Shown here piece after piece: positions 26,006 through 36,159 of a stretch of DNA of 64,000 bases. Position numbers and translations under genes: made by a program. How positions within the stretch are numbered: the stretch's first letter is position 1; every line of letters begins with the position of its first letter. The notes under the pieces are model-generated. The model was not told where the DNA came from. It worked only from the letters and a program-made list of their open reading frames with translations, and made no database searches. The stretch comes from Schizochytrium sp. TIO01 (Eukaryota > Protista > Bigyra: Labyrinthulomycetes): positions 1,731,648-1,795,647 of the forward strand of contig SMSO01000014.1 in NCBI GenBank assembly GCA_004764695.1, in the 5' to 3' direction.

Positions 26006-26552
26006 AATCAGTTCTTTAAAGGAAATAACAAAATAATTTCTTTTCATCGCTGGCAAGATACTCAGGCATCAAGTAGGCTGCATCCTGTTCTTCAGTAAAC
26101 TCATCCACCCATTTGACTTGACGCCTTCAATCCTTTTTCTAGAAGCTTGACCTCCTCAGGAGAAAAGTAAAAACGGTGTTGCTTCGTTTATTTATACGAG
26201 TCCGCTTTAATATAACGGCACAACTTATGGGACATAGAGGTAAGATTTGAAATGAAGGTTACACTGTCAATTACTTGAACGACAAATCAAAAAAGATAAA
26301 GAGAGATTAATTTTAATTTTTATATGTAAGACCTTACTGAATTAGATCGTCACACGATACCCCATCCAGACTTCGAAATCCTCAAGTGAGATGAGCTAGG
26401 ATAACTTCTGGAGAGTGAACTGTCAGAACATATCCAGCTCTTGCGAAAAGATGGGAACGTGAGATTTTTCTGGAGCAGATCACCTAGTTGCTGTTTTTGT
26501 GTATTCGAATTGGTGCCGCATTGCTCAGTTACAAGCTGCCACATCCAGTTAC

Positions 26553-29006
26553 TCAGGGTTTGATATTCTCCGACACAGTAATCCAGCCGGTACGCTGACG
26601 ACCAGAGGGAGCCCAAAGATGCAAAAGCTTGCCAGGGCCAACCCCAGCAAAACTTTCGTCCTTATCACCCTCTGTTTTTGAAGTAGAACCATCTGAGTCT
26701 TGCATAGCATTATCAGTGGCAGATGTTCCAGCAGGGCGAGGAGAATTTGACGCACTAGCGTCACCACTGGCGGTTGAAACCCCGTCTTGCTGATCTTCGG
26801 CCATGGCCGCTTCCTCTGCCGCGGCAGCGTTTGCATCTTCATCGTTGTCATCAAGATCCTCTTCCATACGAATCTTGACCTTTTTTCGCGAAGCAGCCTC
26901 TCCAGTAGCTTTAGGAGGAGCAGGGGGTTCTGCTGCGACAGGGTTGAATCTTGCATGTGGAAGCATTGTCTCGACCATGTTATGAACATAGTTGTGTGCA
27001 TATAGATGTGGACCTCCGTCAGCATTTTCTCGGCGAAGAAATTCAAAGTGTACATCGGATGTGCGCTGGTGGCGAATTTCGACCTTTTCCCATGTAATCT
27101 TGCCTGATTTATTTTTCCGGCCCTTACGACAGATCAGAAGGGTGTCTTTAGACTGGCGGATGTATGGGCTCGATTCGCAGTAGAAGTCGTTGTGTACGTG
27201 CTGCTTAACACAAACTGCATTTTCGACATAGTGCAGATCCATCTTCTCGAGAGCACGCAAGACGCGCAGAATCAAATGTTTTGGGGTCCAGATGTAGACG
27301 AAACCGGACGGGAGGAGTCCCTTCCTATTGAGTTTCAGCTTGAGGAGGTCCTCTGGTTCGATACCGCTGGGAATGTTATTAGGATTGGGCTCTTCAGAGT
27401 CACATACTAGTTTGCGACCATCCTTCCACGGCGGGCTGAGAACAATACCTTCAAGAGGGGCTCGGTTGCCAACAATCGAGAGAAGATCTGCATTAAGAAT
27501 GCAGTCGACCTGTGCATGTTTAGAGCATTTGGGTACCTCTGCTTTCATTGTAAAGTTATCTTCGTCAATGCAGACCTCGTCAGGACGCCATGTGGTGTGC
27601 CGATGCACCGCTGACTTTGGGCGATAAGGTGCGATACGTTTGGCCCATGATGGCGTAATTTCCCTCGGAATGCGAGTGTACATAATTGCATTCGGGTCAA
27701 ACATGCGAATTTTCTTTAGCCCAGTCACAAAGCGACCAGATTTGTCAGCCACAAAAGCAATGTGGGTAACACCGTTAGCAACAATCTTGGATACTGAGGT
27801 GGTTCGGTTCGAGGGCATGGCTAGCCTTGGTGCACGGACGCGAGCTTGCTTCTTCTTGCCAAATAGCTCGTCCCAGAGCTCATCATCAGTACCATCTCCA
27901 AAAAGAAAGACTCTTTCTCCAGACTCATTCTCGTGAGTGGTCACATGTCCCATTTCCCAACCGTCATCGTCATAGTAGTAATCGTCGCCCATCTTGTGTT
28001 GACGTGTGGCAGCCTCCACAGTGAAGTTCGAAGTTTGTCTAAAAACCTCGAGCAAGGCTGCCCTATCCAGCACGTTTTCCTCCTCCATCGGTTTACTCTG
28101 GCCTTCAGGTGTTGCTTCTGCTCCCTCAGCATTGGTCTTCACCACATCGCCTTCTGCGCAATTCGAATTTTCAATCGGCGATACCGCTGCGTCTCCTGCT
28201 GCATTTGTTGTTATTGCCGTAGAACTCTCCTGATGCTGATTAGCGTTGCTGGGATCATTACTCTGTGAACTCTGTTGGTTTTGGCTGGTCTCGCGATCCC
28301 TCTTAAGTCTAGCCTCAATCTCTTCGAGACGCTTGAACTTGGCCTCAATCATCTCCGGCGTTTCGTATTCCTCCACATATCCCACAAACAGGGTTGGATC
28401 CAGCACTTGCATAGTTTCATTTCGCCGTCTTTTAGGAGGCCTTGTCCTCGTCGATGTCCTTCTTGAGCCTGCCGCGGTCGAATTCAATGCTGCCATCGTC
28501 GATGCTGTCGTCGAGGTTTTTCTAGGGGCCGCCCTCCGACGGGGCGCCGTTGATGTGGTTTTGGCTTTGGTAGGTTTCTTTGCAGACGTGGTTCGGGCCG
28601 GAGGTTTCTTAGTACTAGCAGTGTTTCTCTTACTGAGGTCTTCATTAACCTTCTCCAAATCCTCCCGCTCAATCTTTTCGGGTGCTGGATCAACATTGTA
28701 GATTATGGTTGTCGAAGGCGCAGGCGCTGACAGCGAGAAGCCTCGCGTGGTAGCGAGTTTAGGTTTGGTCGCGGCTTTTGCTTTATCCTCAACTCTTTCC
28801 TGTAGATTGTCACCTGGTGCAGTAGCTATACCCGTCGCAGATTCTGTGGATGTCATCTTGATGTGCAAAGATATTTCACTTTTGAGATCACACGATGATG
28901 AAGGTGAAGATGAGGATGAAGTCGAGTCACCAGTGCCGGTTATGGCACTGAGAGCTAGCCGGGGAGATCCGGGGAGGTCCCGAGGCGCATCAACGCGCTT
29001 GCTCAT
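26553..29006 (-). CDS. MT-A70 family N6-adenine methyltransferase-like protein, most similar to AMT6/7 (MTA9) non-catalytic subunits
   Basis: GIVLSPPW (DPPW position), GFVYIW, YVEN, SKDTLLICRKG, EIRHQRTSDV, MVETMLP and KLLHLWA...RTGW occur in MT-A70 order. Track start 29024 is TTG; first ATG 29006, alternative ATG 28856. Confidence 0.8.
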   Translation of the reverse strand: MSKRVDAPRDLPGSPRLALSAITGTGDSTSSSSSPSSSCDLKSEISLHIKMTSTESATGIATAPGDNLQERVEDKAKAATKPKLATTRGFSLSAPAPSTTIIYNVDPAPEKIEREDLEKVNEDLSKRNTASTKKPPARTTSAKKPTKAKTTSTAPRRRAAPRKTSTTASTMAALNSTAAGSRRTSTRTRPPKRRRNETMQVLDPTLFVGYVEEYETPEMIEAKFKRLEEIEARLKRDRETSQNQQSSQSNDPSNANQHQESSTAITTNAAGDAAVSPIENSNCAEGDVVKTNAEGAEATPEGQSKPMEEENVLDRAALLEVFRQTSNFTVEAATRQHKMGDDYYYDDDGWEMGHVTTHENESGERVFLFGDGTDDELWDELFGKKKQARVRAPRLAMPSNRTTSVSKIVANGVTHIAFVADKSGRFVTGLKKIRMFDPNAIMYTRIPREITPSWAKRIAPYRPKSAVHRHTTWRPDEVCIDEDNFTMKAEVPKCSKHAQVDCILNADLLSIVGNRAPLEGIVLSPPWKDGRKLVCDSEEPNPNNIPSGIEPEDLLKLKLNRKGLLPSGFVYIWTPKHLILRVLRALEKMDLHYVENAVCVKQHVHNDFYCESSPYIRQSKDTLLICRKGRKNKSGKITWEKVEIRHQRTSDVHFEFLRRENADGGPHLYAHNYVHNMVETMLPHARFNPVAAEPPAPPKATGEAASRKKVKIRMEEDLDDNDEDANAAAAEEAAMAEDQQDGVSTASGDASASNSPRPAGTSATDNAMQDSDGSTSKTEGDKDESFAGVGPGKLLHLWAPSGRQRTGWITVSENIKP

Positions 29007-29484
29007 GAAGGAGTCCACCGACAACTCAGCCTGCCTTGCAAGCAGGACTCGATGAATAGACGGATGAAGTAAAGAGCGAGAAAACTGAAGAGTGATAGAT
29101 GGAGGCAGATCTCGAGGTCACCAACCTCACCTCGGCGACTGAAGTGATTTTAGGAGAAGATAAAATTCGAAAGGCCAATGTCAATTCACTACTGCACCTA
29201 ACGCCTACCCAATTGCATGTGTGGCTTGCCTTGCCAACGGAAGGGTTGCGCTTTGCAAGCAAGGACTAGAGAAGCGCAATCCGATGAACGAGGAACTGCC
29301 ACGAGGAAAGAAGGCCACAAAACAAGTCGAAGCCAACCCAGCCGCCCGACAGCTGCAGAACGCTGACTGCTAGGTACTGCTCCTGACTGCCGAGCAGTCA
29401 GAGGTCCTCTTGATCGCTTATCAGTCAGGAAGAGATTTGACTGCTCAAGTGAACCCAACTTTTATAATTCTATGTTTTATTCTT

Positions 29485-29485
29485 T

Positions 29486-29539
<54 letters not shown>
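29485..29539. repeat. (TTTC)n microsatellite in divergent promoter region
   Basis: Direct tandem repeat. Confidence 0.95.
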
Positions 29540-29540
<1 letters not shown>

Positions 29541-29664
29541 GTCTTATTTTTAGATTTGAGGAGATGTAACGTAAAGAATGAAACCAGAGGCAGAGGCAGC
29601 GAAATAGATGTGTCCTGATATGCCTCGCAGCAGCGATTTGTGGCACCTCTCGACAGCTCTTTCT

Positions 29665-29689
29665 TTCTGAAAGAAGGCTTCTTTCAGAA
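29665..29689. promoter_or_regulatory. 12-bp perfect inverted repeat with 1-nt spacer between divergent genes
   Basis: TTCTGAAAGAAG-G-CTTCTTTCAGAA; the structure is clear, a regulatory function is unproven. Confidence 0.35.
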
Positions 29690-30692
29690 GAAGGTTGTTG
29701 AATGTTGATGCATGCTTTTCTTCGTACTATCTGGGTTTCTTTTCTTTTTTCTTTTGCGACCTAACCACGGAATTCGGCAATGCACCTTAATAAGAGGCCA
29801 TGTTTTTGTGCGAACGATTAAGGCGATAATCGACGATCTGCCTAACGACGAGCGGCCAAAACGTCTCCCGAGTCCCAGGCGAAAGGAGCTTCGTCTTCTC
29901 AGAACTCATCAAAATAGGGAAGCCACGCTCGAACTCAAAAGTACACGTTCAATCAGCGCCCACGAAGCTTGACAAGCAATATAACGAACAGCTCAAGCAA
30001 GAGGCCTCGTTTCCATGTTTTGGCTCTTTGTCATATATTTGTAAAGAGAATATAAAATAAATGCTAGTGATGATAATTCTTTCTGCATTAAAAGTTTTGC
30101 CAACTTTTATAACTACCATGTCTGCCATATAAACTCCCTTTCAAGAGCGGTCGTTAGGTTTGCGATAAAAATATTTCTCTATAAAACTTTTCTTTTCTCT
30201 TTCCTCTTTAGGGGTTCTGAAAGTATTTTGAAGATAACTACGGATTGCATATAAAGGAGCATAGAGAAAGGTAAAAATGAATTAGTTTTTATTCGAAAGA
30301 ACTTGAAAATAATTTTTATACGAAGTTCACGAATTGTAAATTGAAACACTTGATCAAAGCAATCAAAACCATCACAGCTCCGTCGAGGACAGCGAGCAGA
30401 GTGGCAAGGCGTGGGTAGGCGGCAGCTTGCCCTAGCGCTGAGATCGCACGAGTTGCTGAAGAGTTCTGAAGCAGCTCCAGGTTAGTCTTGCTGCGGGCAA
30501 GACCGAGATCGGTAACCAAGTACAGAACCAAGTGCTCGAGGACGGCAACGACGACGGCCAGTACAAGAGCAAGGAAGCGCATTTGCATTCAGCAGCTAAG
30601 CTGCAGGTTTTGAGACGAGGACTTTCTTCTATCCCCCTGCAAGACCGAAGGAAGTAAGGAAGGACAGATCTGGACACAGTTCCACTGAGACC

Positions 30693-33600
30693 ATGTTTGC
30701 AAAGCGCATGACAACGCCGACGAAGAAAAAAGAAGCAACCGAGGATGAGGTAGACCTTACTGGCGACCAAGCTTCGACAAAATCGCCTGGAAAATCCAAA
30801 ATCGGCGACATTAGCCAAATTAAGTCCCCAGCAGCGACAAAGGACTCAACGCCAAATGCAAAGAAACCGGCCAAATCAATCATGTCATTTTTCCAAAAGC
30901 GGACACCGGGGCAGCCTACAAATAGCAACACGAACCAAAAGCGCGTGGCATCTGCTGTAATCGTCTCTAAAGATAAATCTGCAGATGCAACAAACCCGAA
31001 CAAAAGAGCTAAACTCGCGGAACAGAGCAATGCCAAAGAGGAGCTTGAAAACAAAGTCACAGACCCTGAGGAAACGATTCGTGAAGATCCAGAGGACAAG
31101 CCTTCCAAATCAACAAGATCAGACTTCAAGACCAGAAGCTCACGTAGACTTCGCGTAACCGTGCAAGAACACAAAAAAGAAGCTATGCATGAGGACAGTG
31201 ACAGCGAGTTTGAGCATGACGACGTTATTGAGAGGCCGAAGGATAGCGAAAGTGACAGCGAGAGCGAGAGCGGAAGTGGAAGCGATGGGTGGCTTGTAGG
31301 TGACGACGAGGAAGAGGATCACGAGGAAAATGAGAGCACTGTGGATCCCGACAATAAGGACTCTAGTGCTGACAAAAAGGTCTCTGAAAGCAAAAACAAA
31401 GATGATGTGGTTGTCGTTGTTGACATGGAGGATGCCAACAGTAATGATATCATCAATGATAACGCTGAAGAGGAGGACAGCAGCGCTAGTGAAGGCATGG
31501 AAGTTGATGATAACGAAAGCTCGGCCAATGAAAGCGATGCAAATGATGATGAGGACGATGAGGACGACGTCGACGACGACGATGATGATGAAAACGAGGA
31601 CGGGGACGAAGAAGAGGAAGAGGAAGAGGAAGAGGAAGAGGAAGAGGAAAATAACGAAAAGGACATCAACTCCGATGACAAAGTTAAAAAGCCTTACAGA
31701 GGCCGACCTAAACGTGTTAGATCACATTTGCTCGCTCCTAAGGTTGATATGAGCGATATTGCTGTCACCAACCTCGCCAATTGCGCCTACCGTGGAATTT
31801 TGGAAGCCAAAAAGAAAGGCGAGATCATTCAGGAGGCAAGAGAAAGCTATGTCAAGATGGAGCCTGAAAAACGTTTTACACTCAAGGAAGCTAATATCCA
31901 GCTAGCCTACATGTCAGACTTTACTAAGAAGAAGAATGATACCGAACGCCGCTGGTGGCTCAAGGAGGAGTTTGCGAATCTCGTAGAAAAGGAGCTTCGC
32001 AAGAGTGTCGACGAAAAAATGGATGACTACATTCGTGAACTTCTAAAAGCCAAGCGCGCGGCCAAGAGAGCAAAGTCAAAATCCAAGCGTAAGTCTGACT
32101 CCGATTCTGAAATAGGCTGTAAAAAGGCCCGAAAGGATAGTGACTCCGCTGGTACAACAGCAGCTGCTGCTGCTAAGCCCCCACCTCCGGCTGACCTTAC
32201 TGAAGATGATGATCCACGGATTGGTACCCACAAAGGCCACTTTGAGTCCTGGCTGGCCGACGCTCGTAAAATTATTGGTGAATCGTGTGTTACTGATGAA
32301 GAAATGCCGCAGAAACTCCCACTGGACAAGACACCGGAGGACTTCACCGATGATGCTACGCAAAAACTCCTCGCATGTATGATTCAGGGTCGATGTGAGA
32401 CGCTCGAACTTCTTGCGGAGCACATTGCAAAACAACTCTGTACAGAAAACTCAACTGATCTTCAAGACCGCATTCTCCTCCTCGCAGAGCGCAAGGCGCA
32501 CGGAGTTAAGGACCAGAGAGCCATCGCGAAATCTGACTCGAATCCTGACGCGCTTTGGCGATGGGAGGTCGTCAACCAAGCTCTTCTACCTGAAGACTGT
32601 CAAAAGACTCTCACAGATAATCGACGTCGTATGTTTCATTTCTCTCGTCGTATTGGTGCAGTGTCTAGGCTTCTCAAATCTCTTCGGAAAAATCACAACG
32701 AAATAAAAGAAACCCGCATTGCCAAAGATCTAGAGCTTGTCGAAAAGTACCTTCGTGAAGATGAGGTCGCACGCCAACGCGATGCTGAAAAGCAGGAACG
32801 TGTTGCGGCAAGAGAAGAGGAGAAAAAACGCAAGGAATTGGAGCGCGAGCAGCAGAAACGTGTACGTGAAGAAGCCAAGGCTCAAGAGAAGGCTAAGCTG
32901 GAGCGGAAGAAGGGCGTACCTCTTACAAACTTCTTCTCCGTCAAGGCCCAATCAGCTTCCACTTCAAGCACGAACGCGAATGGTGCAGCATCCCCTGCCA
33001 AAAAGGATGTTGCTTCAGAGGATGACGAACGTGCTCGGATGGCTGCAAAGATTGATGAGGCTCTACAAAGGCCAGAAGAGGCTCTGGTTTTGACAGACTG
33101 GGTCAAACGTCTTGTTGCAAAAAGACCTCGTGCAACGTCCCCTAGCCCTCTTCCCAAAGAACTTCAAAATGACCCAGTTGCTATTGCTAAGCAGAGCCGT
33201 AAAAAGCTTCTCCACTTTGGCGAGAACCGTCGTCCTCCTTACTTCGGTACTTTTCGGAAGAGGAGTGCACATGTTACAGCCCGCCGCCCCTTTGCAATGG
33301 ATGAATCTCTGGACTATGACATCGACAGCGATCTTGAATGGCAAGAAGATCCCGAAGATGCCGAAAGTCTTGGTGGAAGTGACGCTGCTTCAGAAAATGA
33401 TAAGGACCTTGATTACCAAGATGGTTGGTTGATGCGAGATGAAGATGTTGTTTACGCCTCCGATGCCATGGATAACGACGAATATGAAGATCCTGCTACG
33501 AGCGGCACTCATGAAAAGACCCAACCGGCTCGTGGTGCTCGTCGCTACGCTGTTGGTATCGTCTATGACCGCGAACGCATCGAGGCTGCGGATGACGGTA

Positions 33601-34247
33601 CAGATCCTGCAACGAACCTTTCGTCATATCCTGTCAAAGCTCTTCCCCTTTCGCACATTACTACTTATGAGCAAGCTGTGGCCTACCTTGAGGAGCCTTT
33701 ATCTCTCGAGCCACCTAACGAAACTGAAATCGCCAAGGAAATGTTGTCAAAGGCAGACTTAAAGTTGTTAAAGCAAAATGAAAAGGTCGCGCAGAAAGCT
33801 GCTGCGCAAAAGGCTGCTGCCCAGAAGAAGATTGAGCAAGATGAGAAGAAACGCCAAGAACAAGCTCTTCTGGCTGATGGTATTGTGGACATCACAACAA
33901 GTTCCACAGGTTCGCCGAAGAGGTCTCAAGCTACTGCACCACTTGCATCTACGCCGGGCTCGAAAAAGGATGGCCAGACAGAGTTGTTCCCAGAGATCTT
34001 CATGTCTGTGCTAGTAACAAATGTGCAAGGCTCAGATCTCATGCTGAAGAAGCTTACGCAGCTTGTCCAGGAAGAAATCGACAAGACACTGATGAAAGCA
34101 TACGTGGAAAACGATTTCAAGGGTGATAAGGGTAAACCACCAACCCAAACCTGCATCAAGGCAACAATCCAGGAGGTCGCTAAAAAGCCGAAGCGAGCTA
34201 GCTGGCAAGTCGAGCCCGATGTCCTTGCAAAGTACGCCGCTAAGTAA
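30693..34247 (+). CDS. CHAF1A: Chromatin assembly factor 1 subunit A (p150/Cac1/FAS1)
   Basis: CAF1A signature KKLLHFGENRRPPYFGTFRKRS..VTARRPFAMDESLDYDIDSDLEWQE, preceded by a KER-rich helix; PIP-like motifs KSIMSFF and VPLTNFF; acidic tracts; C-terminal winged-helix-like end (IKATIQEVA...WQV). Confidence 0.92.
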   Translation: MFAKRMTTPTKKKEATEDEVDLTGDQASTKSPGKSKIGDISQIKSPAATKDSTPNAKKPAKSIMSFFQKRTPGQPTNSNTNQKRVASAVIVSKDKSADATNPNKRAKLAEQSNAKEELENKVTDPEETIREDPEDKPSKSTRSDFKTRSSRRLRVTVQEHKKEAMHEDSDSEFEHDDVIERPKDSESDSESESGSGSDGWLVGDDEEEDHEENESTVDPDNKDSSADKKVSESKNKDDVVVVVDMEDANSNDIINDNAEEEDSSASEGMEVDDNESSANESDANDDEDDEDDVDDDDDDENEDGDEEEEEEEEEEEEEENNEKDINSDDKVKKPYRGRPKRVRSHLLAPKVDMSDIAVTNLANCAYRGILEAKKKGEIIQEARESYVKMEPEKRFTLKEANIQLAYMSDFTKKKNDTERRWWLKEEFANLVEKELRKSVDEKMDDYIRELLKAKRAAKRAKSKSKRKSDSDSEIGCKKARKDSDSAGTTAAAAAKPPPPADLTEDDDPRIGTHKGHFESWLADARKIIGESCVTDEEMPQKLPLDKTPEDFTDDATQKLLACMIQGRCETLELLAEHIAKQLCTENSTDLQDRILLLAERKAHGVKDQRAIAKSDSNPDALWRWEVVNQALLPEDCQKTLTDNRRRMFHFSRRIGAVSRLLKSLRKNHNEIKETRIAKDLELVEKYLREDEVARQRDAEKQERVAAREEEKKRKELEREQQKRVREEAKAQEKAKLERKKGVPLTNFFSVKAQSASTSSTNANGAASPAKKDVASEDDERARMAAKIDEALQRPEEALVLTDWVKRLVAKRPRATSPSPLPKELQNDPVAIAKQSRKKLLHFGENRRPPYFGTFRKRSAHVTARRPFAMDESLDYDIDSDLEWQEDPEDAESLGGSDAASENDKDLDYQDGWLMRDEDVVYASDAMDNDEYEDPATSGTHEKTQPARGARRYAVGIVYDRERIEAADDGTDPATNLSSYPVKALPLSHITTYEQAVAYLEEPLSLEPPNETEIAKEMLSKADLKLLKQNEKVAQKAAAQKAAAQKKIEQDEKKRQEQALLADGIVDITTSSTGSPKRSQATAPLASTPGSKKDGQTELFPEIFMSVLVTNVQGSDLMLKKLTQLVQEEIDKTLMKAYVENDFKGDKGKPPTQTCIKATIQEVAKKPKRASWQVEPDVLAKYAAK

Positions 34248-34755
34248 CAATATCTTCATCGCATTCAACCGTGCCATAGAATAAACTAGCTAGTCGTAGT
34301 GGCAGAGAAGGTCGTTCTAAGCTGCTGCTGTAAATCGAAAGAAATTTTATGATTTTGCATCTCTATTCAAGTTCACAAATTAATACTCGTGTCTTTGAGG
34401 ACCAGACCGAAGGTACGGCACGATAAACATGCTCTACTGCTTGGAATCCAAACACCTAGTAGTCACCTCAGGCGACCGGTCCAACCATGGTGGGTTATAC
34501 TGTAGAACGTTTCAACCTAAACAAAGTTTAAATGTAAAATACTCTCCATTTCATTCGTCTATATAGGACTTACAGTGCTATAATAGAGCACTTCGCGATT
34601 TAAAGAAAAGATAAGAAAATAACTTTACTACATGATTTCATAATACGAAAGCGTGGAATGTACGTAAAAAGCCAGTTTCGTCGGTAATGCAAGTTGTTGA
34701 AAAGATTCAGTTGCATCAAATTACTTAAAGACTGAATTGTGAATGATCGCGTAGT

Positions 34756-36159
34756 TTAGGCTTCGCAATACTGAGATGAACGCAAATAGCGCCCAAGAAA
34801 GTTCTTATCAAGGTAGTCTAGAGCAAGTCTAAATCCTTCGTCAAACAAATCTGACGAGACGCGGTCCTCCAAAATGGCGCTTTCTACACAGTCACGCAGT
34901 TCATCCGGCACGTCAATCGTGTCTAGCCCATCTAGAACAATGAATTGTTTGTTAACTGACTCAGCAAGATCCTTGCTGGGCTTTTTCTTGAAGTCAATAA
35001 CAGCAAGAGCGAACTCAAGCCAGGAGGTGTCTATTGAAGGCTGTTGCACTATAAAGGTTTCAATCTGCTTGTGATTCGACCGATCCGCAAGAAGTTCTTC
35101 CAAAAAGCTCCTTCGCATTACAGCAGATTGTTGTTCCGAAACGCCTCCCCTGTCAAGGGTTTTATAGCGCATCAATCGAATCGTGCCAGGCGTTCGACCA
35201 GGACGATAAGAAGAGGCTGTCCATCCAGATATGCCGGTGTCCTGGTGTATCTCATCACTAGAGTCACTCAAGTCTCCCTCATCCTCTTTGTCTTCACTTT
35301 CATGAATATGAGCAAAATTATCCAAAGAATTCTCAGACATATCACGTCGACTGTTTAGATGTTTGGATCTGTCAAATGACGCAACACCACCAATCGTGTA
35401 TTCATCAAAGTTAGCATCACTTGAATCTCGTCCTGTATAATTCGGACTCGTGAGCACCGGCGAAGCTGCCCGGGAATGAGTTTCGATAGTGGGAGGTTGA
35501 TGGATATTGCTGCCAAGTTTCATTTCCTCGACACCTTGTAATTCAAGTGCAAGTCCACTTTCTAGAGAGGCCCGCCGAGTTCCACGAAATCCGCTATCCG
35601 AAGCCCTTCGCCATTGCACTGTTGCGCCGCCCACAGGCGACCCCGGTCTCAACATGAATTGAGACAAGAGTTCTTCAAGAGCGCTAGCATCGGATTCAAT
35701 CAGTGCTGCCATGTTTGCTAATGCATCCTCCCTATACATGTCCAACGACAAAGTCAAATTTCGTGTAGAAAACCCTTCTGAATGGAAAGGTGGAGCAGCA
35801 GGAAGAGACCCAGTTGTGTCTGACTGAGCAGACGATACTGACGAAGACGGCACAACTCGAGAAGCAGAATCCTCAGGCTTCAAACATAGGATTGAAGCAT
35901 CATGTGCTACCTGCAGCAGCTCTCGCACGACTTTTCGCATCGCCTTAGGTTTACTCGCAATTTCAACTGCTGTGCCCATTCGTATCAGAAGTAGAAGCGA
36001 AACGTATGTTGCGGGTGCTGTGCGTAGCATACAGGTCACGATTCGTAACACTGCTGTTAGGTATGTATCGGAGTGGGAAGTGCACGTTGTGCGTTTGATT
36101 TGGCGGAGGCAGGCCGTAGTGAAGCCTAACGCGAAAAAGTTCCGCTCCTTTGTAGTCCA
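34756..36159 (-). CDS. C-terminal segment with an RGS domain; likely the +1-frame continuation of the Furry-like gene
   Basis: Frame is open from 36159 to the stop at 34756 and overlaps the upstream ORF by ~200 nt. End region FLEELLAD...IETFI...WLEFALAVIDFK...AESVNKQFIVLDGLDTIDVPDELRDCV...DLFDEG...LDKNFLGRYLRSSQY follows the RGS helix pattern (~34780-35110). Confidence 0.7.
   Translation of the reverse strand, partial: WTTKERNFFALGFTTACLRQIKRTTCTSHSDTYLTAVLRIVTCMLRTAPATYVSLLLLIRMGTAVEIASKPKAMRKVVRELLQVAHDASILCLKPEDSASRVVPSSSVSSAQSDTTGSLPAAPPFHSEGFSTRNLTLSLDMYREDALANMAALIESDASALEELLSQFMLRPGSPVGGATVQWRRASDSGFRGTRRASLESGLALELQGVEEMKLGSNIHQPPTIETHSRAASPVLTSPNYTGRDSSDANFDEYTIGGVASFDRSKHLNSRRDMSENSLDNFAHIHESEDKEDEGDLSDSSDEIHQDTGISGWTASSYRPGRTPGTIRLMRYKTLDRGGVSEQQSAVMRRSFLEELLADRSNHKQIETFIVQQPSIDTSWLEFALAVIDFKKKPSKDLAESVNKQFIVLDGLDTIDVPDELRDCVESAILEDRVSSDLFDEGFRLALDYLDKNFLGRYLRSSQYCEA

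Noticed and set aside
36051-36130. GTTAGG...CTAACAG(CAG) candidate intron at the Furry/RGS junction
   Set aside because: Lengths of 77 or 80 nt do not restore the RGS frame, which needs removal of 3n+1 nt.
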